Source: an uncultured delta proteobacterium
GTDB taxonomy: Bacteria > Desulfobacterota > Binatia > UBA9968
Direction of reading: 5' to 3'
Length of the DNA: 64,000 nucleotides
Assembly: GCA_963745035.1 (NCBI GenBank)
Contig: CAVUVW010000013.1
Span: 1,568,001 to 1,632,000 of the forward strand
Every line of letters begins with the position of its first letter. The first letter of the stretch is position 1. The position numbers and the translations under genes were made by a program. Shown one piece after another: positions 1 through 10,423 of this stretch. Below the pieces are notes generated by a model that saw nothing but the letters and a program-made list of their open reading frames with translations, ran no database searches and was not told the DNA's origin.

Positions 1-939
1 GACATTCCGCAAGACGATAAACAACATGTTGTCGATCGTGTCTTCGGTATCGGTGAAACTGAGGGGGATTTTCAAAAGGCCGAAAGAATTTTCGGCGGTC
101 TCCCTTTCCTGATTGCTTCTTTCTGTGAACCGGCGGTTGTGCAGGAACTAAAAAACTCTGGATTAGACCGATTTAGCAAGAAATTCTTTATCGCCCTTAG
201 GGGATTGCGTCAAGTTGGTTGGAAGCCAACGTCTCCGGATCGGCGTGCTCAGATAGAATACGCGGGACAAATTTTGCGTGAGATTGGCGGGATTACGCCA
301 GAGGGTGTTGACTGTTCGAGCACCCCTGGACTTGATGATACCGGATCATCGGATCGCGTTTTCTACATCGTAACGACATATGACGGTATAAATATAAGGT
401 TACTGGACGCATTGCAGAAGAGCGAAAAAAAACACGTGCTTGACGCGCTTCATAGAAGTGGCGGCGAAGCTCATTTTACCAAGCGTATCAACAAATTTCT
501 TAACAAGGTAGGAATCGCCGATGATGAAAAAATCGTACCGTGGAACCCGGCGAAGCATCAATATGATGGACCGACGATGATTTTGCAGGGAAGCGCTGAT
601 ACCGTAGGCGCGGGGGGAGCGGCCGAGCACTTTTTCAGCAATGCCCTTACGGGCGTACGTGTACTTATAAAGTATCCAGGCATCGGACACGAGTACCGGC
701 TTCCGTTAATGTTTCTTAGATCGCTGCCTAAAACTTTTCCGAGTTCCGACCTGTGCGAGTTGGACGATGAAATCCGAGGAATTCGAGATTGCCTAATTTA
801 TTCTTTTCTAAAAATGAGCCCTAAGGACTTTATCGATTCTTGTGTTAACAAGATTCTGCCTGTCATTATTGAGGACAAAGCGAGTGTGTTCTTCAAGGAC
901 TCATCTAGCTCCAAGACTATTGCTGGCACATGTCCGTGA
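1..939 (+). CDS. alpha/beta-hydrolase-fold protein, C-terminal part (5' end outside window)
   Basis: Frame is open from base 1 to the stop at 939. PTMILQGSADTV...IKYPGIGH matches the Asp/His part of the hydrolase triad. Region is AT-richer than the rest of the window. Confidence 0.6.
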   Translation, partial: DIPQDDKQHVVDRVFGIGETEGDFQKAERIFGGLPFLIASFCEPAVVQELKNSGLDRFSKKFFIALRGLRQVGWKPTSPDRRAQIEYAGQILREIGGITPEGVDCSSTPGLDDTGSSDRVFYIVTTYDGINIRLLDALQKSEKKHVLDALHRSGGEAHFTKRINKFLNKVGIADDEKIVPWNPAKHQYDGPTMILQGSADTVGAGGAAEHFFSNALTGVRVLIKYPGIGHEYRLPLMFLRSLPKTFPSSDLCELDDEIRGIRDCLIYSFLKMSPKDFIDSCVNKILPVIIEDKASVFFKDSSSSKTIAGTCP

Positions 940-1013
940 GCGAAAGCCTTTCGGAGTGACATTTTTACAGTTGACAAGGATAGAGCAATTCGTTATGCGT
1001 AAGAAAACTTTCT

Positions 1014-1277
1014 TTGCGTGAAAGGAGCAACGTTATGGGATTCGCCGCTGGCTTGTTAGCTGAGTCCCCCGCTGAGGAGGCCGTATTCTGGCAAACTTGG
1101 AACGCCATGCCTAGGCAAGAACGGCGAACGTTTCTCAAGCGGCTCGGAAGGGAAAGGGGCAGGCTCATAAATAATAGGGAGGCGCGACAAGAGCTAGCCA
1201 AATTCGTGAGGGAGAATGTGTTTCAGAGGCTGACCGACCGCGGTACTCGCGGTACTAGGGGCAAACGACGACGATAG
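1014..1277 (+). CDS. hypothetical small basic protein
   Basis: 87-aa ORF downstream of TTGACA (971-976). No recognisable family; start uncertain. Confidence 0.3.
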   Translation: MRERSNVMGFAAGLLAESPAEEAVFWQTWNAMPRQERRTFLKRLGRERGRLINNREARQELAKFVRENVFQRLTDRGTRGTRGKRRR

Positions 1278-1453
1278 CTTCTCAGAATCGCATTTTTCGA
1301 GATCTCCATACTGCTAATCGAACAGTCCAGCTCAGGAGAATCACCGACTGCTTCCTCTCCAGCCGCGTGGCTCCTCCGTGTTGCGTTCGTGAACAAGATC
1401 TTCGATAAGAGAAAATTACCCTTCTAAAAACGCGTAGGTCGGTGTCACAGACG

Positions 1454-1735
1454 TCAAGCGTCGAGTAGAATCGACGCTATTGACCGCGTTGAGTTGTTCC
1501 AGTGATGCTTCTTTCGGGCGTCTTCGACCATACACCGTTCAATTTCACCAACGACTTTGTCGATGGTTTTGCCGTCAAACGAACTCTCTTTTTTTCACTG
1601 GTTGTCTCGATGCTCTGGCTCGGCAGATCTAACTGATCGCTACCTATCGTCAGGCCTCTGATCGATGCGACGAGCCGTTTCACTTCATTTTCTAGTTGCC
1701 GCCCGTTTCCCAGGCACGAGCAATTTTTAACTATA
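1454..1735 (-). pseudogene. degenerate C-terminal remnant of a sigma54-dependent (NtrC-family) regulator
   Basis: LGNGRQLENEVKRLVASIRG resembles the WPGNVRELEN motif. After a shift in an A7 run the frame reads GKTIDKVVGEIERCMVEDARKKHHWNNS, the start of a Fis-type HTH. Confidence 0.6.
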
Positions 1736-2140
1736 GCGCCATTCCCTTTTAAGTTGCTCACCTTAATGTCCGGCGCCGTGGACTCCGCCGTGATGTCGCG
1801 TAATGCAAGCCTGCGGGTGCATTCGGCTTTGCGCCGAAGTTAGCGAAAGCTCGTTTTGCGTCGGGACGGCTACATGATACTTGGATCTCACATTGTTTCT
1901 CCATCGCTCGTCGTTAGACGACTGCAACCCAAGATGTACTGACACGCCTACGTTAGACCGGAGGGTGTCAACAAAAGTGGCGGTCCGTAAGCTTAGTTGA
2001 CGACCGATTACGTTTTCACTGGATGAACCGCATTTTCCGGTACCCAAGCTATTGAAAACACGCTGCGATGGTTCTTCATTGTGCGCCCAAAAGACTGGCC
2101 TCCGCTTTGCTCCGCGAAAGTTTCAGAGGAGTTTAAGCCG

Positions 2141-2611
2141 ATGCCCAAAACAATTCTTGTTGTAATGAAATTACAAAAGAATGTTGAGCTTTTGCTGCGC
2201 CGACTGGAAAGAGCAGTAAAGCCCGGCAATCGAATCGTGTTTCTCTTCGAATACCAGCAGGATGTTCCCACTTGGCTGTTGGCCCAGGTCACAGCGCTGC
2301 AAACGGGCTGCGACACGGGAATCGCATGGCAGGAGCAGAGGGCATGGCTTTCATGGGACGAGCAAAAAGCACGTGCGGAAAAAAATATCGGCGAACCGGC
2401 GCGCCGACTATTCAGCCGGATCAGGGTGGAAGTCGTGGTGGATCTTTATTCGCGCTCTCTGAGTGCTATCGTGAAGCGCTATTTGGAAACTGGCGAGATC
2501 GGGCTAATTCTGGTGACGACCTCCTCCTGGCTGGAACGGCTGAAGATCGTGCCGATCAGCGTAAGGAACTGGCTTGTTCGGCAGCTGCCCGAGCAATTCT
2601 CTTTGCGCTGA
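2141..2611 (+). CDS. universal-stress-protein-like hypothetical protein
   Basis: GAGGAG RBS before ATG 2141. N-terminal KTILVV and later LILVTT resemble USP strand patterns. Confidence 0.5.
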   Translation: MPKTILVVMKLQKNVELLLRRLERAVKPGNRIVFLFEYQQDVPTWLLAQVTALQTGCDTGIAWQEQRAWLSWDEQKARAEKNIGEPARRLFSRIRVEVVVDLYSRSLSAIVKRYLETGEIGLILVTTSSWLERLKIVPISVRNWLVRQLPEQFSLR

Positions 2612-2637
2612 TCGGCCGGTTAACCCTAATTGGCCGG

Positions 2638-2793
2638 TCACCCTAAACCCAATCTCTTCAATTTCTTTGCCAACCCTTGGCGGCTAAGGCCCAGCGCTTG
2701 AGCCGTTTTTTGCTTGTTCCAATGATGCTTTTTCAGAGCGTCTTGGATAATGCGCCGTTCGATTTCACCAATGACTTCGACGAAACTCGCCAC
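2638..2793 (-). CDS. stand-alone Fis-type HTH (HTH_8) mini-protein or regulator remnant, 51 aa
   Basis: Manual translation from GTG 2793: MASFVEVIGEIERRIIQDALKKHHWNKQKTAQALGLSRQGLAKKLKRLGLG*. Too short for the ORF track. Confidence 0.65.
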   Translation of the reverse strand: MASFVEVIGEIERRIIQDALKKHHWNKQKTAQALGLSRQGLAKKLKRLGLG

Positions 2794-2806
2794 GCCGCCA
2801 TCTATC

Positions 2807-3355
2807 CTAGTCTCTAATCTCGTACTCGCGATCGTTGAGAAGAAACTTGCCGGTAACGGTCATGCGTTTACGCATCGAGTTGACCGTGTGACAGCCCTTA
2901 TCGGCGAGCTGCGCAACTTGAATAACCCTTTCCACCGGCGCAGCGGTTTTGATGCTGAAAAGATAACTCAGTCCCCGCGCGGCCCGTGAGAAATCTTTGA
3001 GCGGAAACTTACCGGTCAGATCGTAGGTCATGCGCAGATCCATCTCGAGATCGTCCAGGAGAACCTCCGCATTTGCGGCCAGGCGTTTGAACTGGCTGAA
3101 CATGCAAAAACCGATCGAGGCGATGAAATATTGGAGCGCCGACGGGCGCTTCCCCGCCTGTTTTTTGAAGTTCTCGTCGTCGCAATAAACCGTGTAGTCT
3201 TCGGGTTGCTCGATCTTGACCAGCGCTTCGTTTAGACGAATGAGCGCGCGCTGCTGCAGGAGATAGCCGTCCGAGTCACCGGAACCATGCTCCCGCTCTT
3301 CCTCATAAACGACCCGAAACTTTCCGAGATCGATGGTTCCCGGAACGGTGGGCAT
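2807..3355 (-). CDS. OsmC/Ohr-family protein
   Basis: PSALQYFIASIGFC ... ADKGCHTVNS carries both conserved Cys. Starts 3 nt after the xdh-like gene. Confidence 0.7.
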   Translation of the reverse strand: MPTVPGTIDLGKFRVVYEEEREHGSGDSDGYLLQQRALIRLNEALVKIEQPEDYTVYCDDENFKKQAGKRPSALQYFIASIGFCMFSQFKRLAANAEVLLDDLEMDLRMTYDLTGKFPLKDFSRAARGLSYLFSIKTAAPVERVIQVAQLADKGCHTVNSMRKRMTVTGKFLLNDREYEIRD

Positions 3356-3358
3356 GAA

Positions 3359-5585
3359 TCACTTCGCGCCGTGCAGCGCTTGGTAAATCTTTTCCGCCGT
3401 GATCGGCAGGCTCTTGATGCGCACGCCGCAGGCGTCTTCCACCGCATTGGCGATCGCCGCCGCCGTCGGGATATTGCCGGTCTCGCCGATCGGCATGCTG
3501 TCGTAAGGCCCGGCGCCGTGCGGCTCTTGAGTCACCGAGCCTCTGAATACGGGGACATCCTTGATCGTCGGGATTTTGTATTCACCGAAATGAGTCGTTG
3601 CGACTTTGCCGTCGTTGATGATCACTTCTTCCATCAAGGTGTAGCCGATGCCGGTCATGCTGGCGCCTTCGATCTGCCCCTGATGCATCAGCGGATTGAG
3701 CACCGTGCCGGTGTTATGGGTCGAAGTGAATTTCTTGAGCTCGACCTGTCCGGTTTCCGGATCGACTTCCACCTCCGCCACCTGGACGCACATGGAGGCC
3801 GCGTGGATTTTCGAATTGTCGTTGAAGGTCGCATCGACGGCGATCGGCGAGCCCTTGGCTTTGACGATTTCGCCATAGGTCAAGCGTCTTTCCATGCGCG
3901 GGTGCAGCGCTGCGCCTTTGGCCAAGGTGATTTGATCGGGCGCCGCGCCCATTTGCTCCGCCGCCGCCTGCTTTATCGCTTCGACCGCTTTGAGCGCCGC
4001 CGCGTAACCGGCGTTGCCGTAAACCCGCGTCGCCCGGCTGCCGCCGACACCGGTGTCTTTTACACCGGTCTGGGTGTCCAGTTGCTGAGTCTTGATCTGG
4101 CTAAGCGGGATCTTGAGCTCTTCGGCGACGATTTCGCTGAGAATCGTGTAGGTGCCCGCGCCTTGATCCGCCATCGCGGAGGAAATCGTCGCAACACCGC
4201 TCTCATCGAGCGAGATCGCTACCGTTCCGATGCCCCCGGCTGGCGTCCACTGTACTAGAGCAACGCCGCGCCCGACGTTCTTCGGCTTTGGCCGTTGGTA
4301 GCCCGAATCCTCCAGCGCCTTTTTCAGCGTCTCGTCGGTCTTGATGTAGCTGTACTCCTCGCCGGTAGGATCGATATCGCCGTCGTGCATGAAATTTTTC
4401 TGCCGCAGCTTGATCGGGTCCATACCCAGTCGCTTCGCGATCAGATCCATCTGGCTCTCGTTGGCGAAAAATCCCTGGGGATCGCCGGGCGAGCGCATAT
4501 GGCCGCAGGGAATTTTGTTCGTATAGACCATATGCTCTTCGAGGAATACATGGGGGATCTTGTAAGGCCCCGCCGACAGGTGCGGGCCGTTGAGAAAAGC
4601 GTTGGGCTTGAACGCGCCGTAGGCGCCGCTGTCGAAGATGAAATTCATGTGATGAGCGACTAGCGTCCCATCCTTTTTCACGCCGGTCTTCACTTGAATG
4701 ATCGAAGCATGCCGTGGATTTCCGGCGACAAACTCCTCTTCGTAGTCCATCACCAGCTTAACCGGGCGGCCGGCTTTTTTGGACAGCAGATACACCACGG
4801 CGAGATCCATGAAATCGCCCTTGCCGCCGAAATCGCCACCGATGTAGACGGGATTGAAGTTGAGCTTCTCCTGCGGCAGCTTGAGCGCGTTGGCGACCTG
4901 CTCGCGCACGCCGTACGGCACCTTGCTGCACGACCAGAACTCCGCCGAGCCGTCCGGCGCGGTGCTGACGACACAGGAGTGCGGCTCGATGTAGCTTTGA
5001 TGAACCACCGGCGTGGTAAATGTGTTTTCGACGATGATGTCGGCTTGGCGAAAACCGGTTTCCAGATCGCCCTTGCCCCAAGTCACGTAAACAAAATCAT
5101 TGGTCGGCTCTTTTAGGGGCTTGGGCAACCCCTTATAGGTAGTCACCTCTGGATGAAGCAATTTCGCGCCGGGTTTGAGCGCCTCGACCGGATCGAGCAA
5201 CGGTTGGGTTTCTTCGTATTCTATTTCGATTAGATTGAGCGCCTCCTCGGCGATAAGCTCGTCGTCCGCCGCCACCGCCGCCACTTTCTCCCCAATAAAT
5301 CGCACTTCGCCGTCCGCCAGAATCGGCATGTCGTATAGCCGCCGGCCGATTTTCAAGCCGGTACAGTCTTGGCCGGTGATCACCGCGCGCACGCCAGCAA
5401 GCGCCTCTGCTTTACTGGTGTCGATCCGCTTGATCTTGCCCGAAGGCGATCGGGCTGCGCAGCAGTTTCCCCCACACCATTCCCGGCACCGTGATGTCGA
5501 CGGCGTACTTCGCCTCGCCGCTGACTTTCAGCTCGCCTTCGACTCTGGGAGTTGGATTGCCTACGACTTGTTTCGACGATGCCAT
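3359..5585 (-). CDS. xanthine dehydrogenase family molybdopterin-binding large subunit (frameshift ~5440)
   Basis: N-terminus VVGNPTPRVEGELKVSGEAKY with GGAGG RBS; motifs GGDFGGK, GQIEG and IGETGN. One extra G joins ORFs 5412-5603 and 3359-5392. Confidence 0.9.
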
Positions 5586-5676
5586 CAGTAAACCTCCTGC
5601 CACCGCAAATTGTTTAGGATGATGCGCTGCGCTTGGTCGTGACCCGATTCAGGCCGTCCGATGCGCAGTGAAGAGC

Positions 5677-5752
5677 TGGCTCCCCGGGAGGGACTCGAAC
5701 CCCCGACCAATTGGTTAACAGCCAACTGCTCTACCGACTGAGCTACCGGGGA
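5677..5752 (-). tRNA. tRNA-Asn (GTT)
   Basis: Reverse complement TCCCCGGTAGCTCAGTCGGTAGAGCAGTTGGCTGTTAACCAATTGGTCGGGGGTTCGAGTCCCTCCCGGGGAGCCA: 76 nt cloverleaf, anticodon GTT, encoded CCA. Confidence 0.97.
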
Positions 5753-5904
5753 AATGCATTTTCTTACAAGCAGCCTATTTTACAGACACACGCGATGAAG
5801 CGAGATTCTAGTTACAGCGAAGGGCTAGTAGAAGGTGAACCTAGGAGCAGACAGCGGCCATCTTTCTGGAAACCTGCGCGGATTCATTCGAATTCTCAGT
5901 TTAA

Positions 5905-6370
5905 CTAAGACCCAAGCTTCATCAGCTCCTCGAGCATCCTTTGATGATGCGTCGCCGGCCAGTAGACGCGGCGACAAGTCGGGCATGAGAAGAATTTCTC
6001 CTGCGATGAAAAGACATAGGGCGGGACAACTTTCTCCAAGGATTCCTTTGGCTTGGACTGGAGCACGAGCGTTGCATTCGATGCAGCGGGTAAACAAGTC
6101 GTCTCCCAATTTAAGGCCGCACTGGCTGACTACTTGGCGCAACTGGTCGCGATAGTGGTCGCTTTCGATGAATAAATAGGGCGGCGGCTGCTTCTGTTTC
6201 AAGCCGCGGTCGCGAGTGAGTATCAGGCGATTCTCGGCGCGCGCCGCCCGAATCAAGCCGTAGCCCGTCAAGTGCGGTCCGTAGATCACGTCCTGACCGA
6301 CGATACGGAGCCATTTCACAAGCCTGCCAAGCATCCGGTCGGCGGCGAATTTCACTTCGTTTGCTGCCAA
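5905..6370 (-). CDS. Mut7-C RNase-domain protein (PIN-like plus Zn ribbon; frameshift ~6065)
   Basis: FAADRMLGRLVKWLR, LTRDR and RCIECN; the shifted frame continues ...CPTCRRVYWPATHHQRM...GS* ending at 5905. Confidence 0.85.
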
Positions 6371-6427
6371 TTTATTCTCATTTTGATTGATCGGCTACGC
6401 TAAGCCATTACCATATTGACCTACAAC

Positions 6428-7882
6428 ATGCTTGTGAAGCGATCCATCGGTTTGGCCATCGTGCTTTTTTGGTGCGTGATGAATGTTCTCTTCATCAAGC
6501 GCCAGATTGAAGCGCCACCGCCGATCATCACAGTTCGCGGCACGGAAAAAATCACCGAGGATATCGAAGAATGGTGGGGCGTTTTTTTCCGCGGCGAGAA
6601 GATCGGCTACGCGTCGCAAACGATCACGCCGAAGACAAAAGGTTACAAGCTCTCCGACCGATCGGTGCTCAATCTGAATCTCATGGGGACCATGCAGCCG
6701 GCTACGACTCGTCTCGAAATGGAGGCCAATGAGGATTGGATTCTCGAAACGATTCGATTTCGAGCTCGCTTCCAAAGAAATTCGTTTCGCGGCGCGCGGA
6801 GCGGTCCATGAAAACAAGCTTAAATTGGAAATAGAGTCGGCCGGGCACAAGTCATCCCGCGAGCTTGTCTTGCCCCAGGCTCCCTACCTGCTTGCGGCTT
6901 TGAAACCGTACGTCGTCACCCAGCAACTGGAAACCGGAAAGAAATTCCTGTTCTCGACCTTCGACCCGTCGACGCTTTCGCAACAGGTTACCACCGTCGT
7001 GATCGAAGGCCGCGAGCAAATCCGCGTAGGCAATCGCAGCGAGGCAGCGATCCGCCTGCGCCAGAGTTTCCGCGGCATCTCGGTTGTGTCCTGGGTCGAC
7101 GGTCACGGTCGCACCCTCAAGGAAGAATCGCCGGCGGGCTTGTCGCTCGTGCGTCAAGACGCTCAAGAGGCGAAAACCTTACCAGGTCGCGCGGTAACCC
7201 TCGACATCGTCGCGCAAACTGCCATTCCGCTGGCGACGCCGCTCACCGATCCGCAAACAAGGGACGCAATTCGGCTCAAACTAAGCGGGGTCGATCTGGC
7301 CAATTTTCCGCTTAACGGCGGGCGGCAAAAACTCCAAGGCGACCAAATCGAAATTCGCCGGGAAAAGTTCAACGGGGTCGTCGCACAGAAAATCCCGGTG
7401 AAAGAAGCGCGACTGGCGTCCTTCTTACAACCCACGCCTTTTCTGCAAACCGATCATCCCGACATCCACGCGCTCGCGCGAAGATTACCGATGGCGAACC
7501 CAACGCCTACAGAGCCGCAGCTGAAAATCAAAGACTGGGTCTACAGGGAAATCTCCAAGGCGCCGACCGTGAGCATTCCCAATGCCCTGGAAGTTCTTCA
7601 GACCAGGAAAGGCGACTGCAACGAGCACACGGTCTTATTCAACGCATTGGCGCGGGCCGCCGGCATCCCCGCCAAAACCGTGGTCGGCGTCGTTCATCAT
7701 GCGCGGCGCTTTTTATTATCACGCCTGGTCCGAGATCTGGCTCGGCGAGTGGATCTCGCTCGATTCGGTATTGAATCAATTTCCGGCCGACGTGACCCAC
7801 ATCAAATTTCTCGAGGGCGAGATCGACCGGCAAATCGACCTGCTGCAACTGATCGGCAATCTTGAAAATCGAAGTCCTGTAG
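6428..7882 (+). CDS. transglutaminase-like domain protein with N-terminal TM/signal (several frameshifts)
   Basis: ORFs 6416-6811, 6729-7865 and 7582-7899 join. Catalytic-triad motifs GDCNEH, YYHAW and WISLD. Confidence 0.85.
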
Positions 7883-7920
7883 ATAGGTCATCATTTTAGT
7901 TTCTGGAACGAAAATTCTCC

Positions 7921-7955
7921 AATCCAAAATCGGCAATCCAAAATCTAAGATCGAA
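7921..7955. repeat. heptamer tandem repeat (AATCCAA-type x5)
   Basis: AATCCAA AATCGGC AATCCAA AATCTAA GATCGAA directly abutting ATG 7956. Confidence 0.8.
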
Positions 7956-8715
7956 ATGATTCAACTCATCAACCTCACCAAACATTACGGCAAAGTGGCC
8001 GCCGTCGATGGACTCGACCTCGAAGTCCCTGCGGGCCAGATCTTCGGCTTTCTCGGCCCCAACGGCGCCGGCAAGACGACCACCATCCGCGTCATGATGG
8101 GCATCCTGAAGGCGACTTCCGGACAGCGTGCTGCTCGACGGCCATGACGTCGTGAGCGAAGCGCAGAAAGCCAAGGCGCTCGCCGGCTTTATTCCCGACC
8201 GGCCGTTTATCTACGAGAAACTCAGCGGCAGCGAATTCCTGCAATTTGTCGGCAAGCTGCACCGCTTGGAAAACGAGAAGCTCAGCCGGCGCATCGCCGA
8301 GCTTCTGGAGCACTTGGAGCTCTCACATTGGAAGGACGAGCTGGTCGAGAGCTATTCGCACGGCATGAAGCAGCGGCTGATCGTCTGCGCCGCCTTGATT
8401 CATCAACCGCGCATCCTTGTCGTCGACGAGCCGATGGTCGGCATGGACCCCAAGGGAGCGCGCACGATCAAGGACCTCTTCTGCTCGCTTTCGAAGAACG
8501 GCACCACCATGTTTCTCTCGACCCACAGCATCAGCGTTGCCGAAGAGATCTGCCACCGCATCGGTATCATCCAAAAAGGCCGGCTGATCGCCTGCGGCAC
8601 GATGAACGAGCTGCATGACCGGGCAGCCGGTCGGCACGGCAACCTCGAAAGCGTGTTCCTCGAGTTGACCCGCGAGCAGGAGCGCAATGCGATCGCGGCG
8701 GAGTTCCGGGGATGA
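7956..8715 (+). CDS. ABC transporter ATP-binding protein (frameshift ~8125)
   Basis: Walker A GPNGAGKTT, signature YSHGMKQR, Walker B LVVDEP. Confidence 0.92.
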
Positions 8716-10404
8716 CCTCCATCGCGCTGCTGCTTTCTCCGGTTTGGCTGTCCTGGAAAAACAACTTCTTCCGCGGCGGAGGTTCTTGGGCGCGCCGGCT
8801 TCTCCTGGTTGCGCTTGCAGCCGGATTCTGGGTCGGCACTTTCCTGGTGATCCGCCGGGTGCTGCGCTACTTCGAGACCGTCTTCGATCTTGGACCAGGG
8901 CTCGCCTATCAGCTCCTGCTTGATCATCCTGCTGACCTTCTTATCTATGCTGCTATTCAGCAATCTTGTCGCGTCGCTCTCGACCTTCTTTCTCGCGCGC
9001 GACCTGGAGCTGCTGCATGCGACGCCGGTGGCGCGGAGTTCCTTTTTCTATGCGCGTCTGATCAACACCACGGTCAACTCGTCCTGGATGGTGCTGTTTT
9101 TCAGCTTGCCGGTTTTTGCCGCTTACGGCGCGGTGTTCGGCGGAGGCGTGATCCTCTACCTCTGGGTCGCGCTGATCTTGCCGCTCTTTCTGGTGATTCC
9201 CGCGGCAGCGAGCATTTTGAGCACGCACCTGTTGGTCTATTTTCTTCCCGCCAAACGGATTCGCGATATTCTTTTTTTCATCGGCCTGCTTGCTTTTATC
9301 GTCATGTACTTTCTCTTCCGGCTCTCCCAGCCGGAGCGCCTCGTGCAGCCGGAGTCGTTCGGCAATTTCATGCAGTTCCTCCAGGCCATGGAAACACCGT
9401 CGTCGCCGTATTTACCGAGCAGTTGGTCGGCCGAAATCTTAGCCGGCACGTTGTTCAATCGCGATACCGAGCAGTTTTTTTTCTTTGCCATGCTTTCGAG
9501 CTACGCGCTCTTTCTGCCGTTGGCGACCTGCTGGGTCTGCGGCAAAATATATTTGGACGGCTGGTCCAAGGCTCAGGAGTCGCGCCAGGGCCGGCGCAAA
9601 ATCGTCTGGATCGACCGCACGCTCGAGCAGCTCACGAGGGTGTTTCCCGCGCAGATCCGCGCCCTGATGATCAAGGACATCAAAACGTTCCTGCGCGATA
9701 CGACGCAATGGTCGCAGCTTTTTCTGTTGGCGGCGTTGATCGTCGTCTATCTCTATAACTTCAAAGTCCTGCCGCTCGACCGCTCGCCCATGCCCGCGGG
9801 CACCCTCCGTACCCTCGTTTCCTTCGCCAATCTGGCGCTCGCCGGTTTTGTCTTGAGCGCCGTCGCCGTACGCTTTGCCTTCCCCGCAGTCAGCTTGGAA
9901 GGAAAGGCTTTCTGGATTTTACAAAGCGCGCCGATCTCGCTGCGCGCGCTCCTCTGGAGCAAATTCTGGTTGATTTCGGTTCCTCTGCTCGTCTTGGGGG
10001 AATTGCTCGTTTTCCTCAGCAATCTGTTGCTGCAGGTACCGCCCTGGATGATGGCGCTCTCGCTCATCACGATTTGCCTGATGACCTTCGGCATCGCCGC
10101 CATCGGCGTCGCCTTTGGCGCGCTCTACCCGAATTTCAACTATGAGAACGCCGCGGAGATCCCGACAAGCTTCGGCGGCGCGGTCTCGATGATCGTGAGC
10201 ATCGCCTTCATCGCTTTGATTGTAATGATCGAAGCCTGGCCGATCTATCAGATCGCCAGCGCTTCTCTGCGCCGCGGCTCCTTAAGCGCGCCGACGGTCT
10301 CGACGATTGCCCCGTCCCTGGCTATCGTTGCGGCCTTGACCGCCGCCGTGATAGCGGTTTCCTTGCGAGCCGGCATTCGACGGCTCGAACAACTCAAAGG
10401 CTAA
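8712..10404 (+). CDS. ABC exporter-type large permease (frameshift ~8915)
   Basis: ATGA overlap with the ATPase gene; many TM segments; motifs DLELLHATPV and SLEGKAFWILQSAPI. Confidence 0.85.
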
Positions 10405-10423
10405 ATACTCTTCCGGAGGATTC

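Noticed and set aside
1763-2047. 94-aa minus-strand ORF
   Set aside because: No RBS, motif or coding-like composition.
5677-5752. tRNA-Asn as an island attachment site
   Set aside because: No integrase and no duplicated tRNA 3' end were seen; host-like genes separate it from the AT-richer region.
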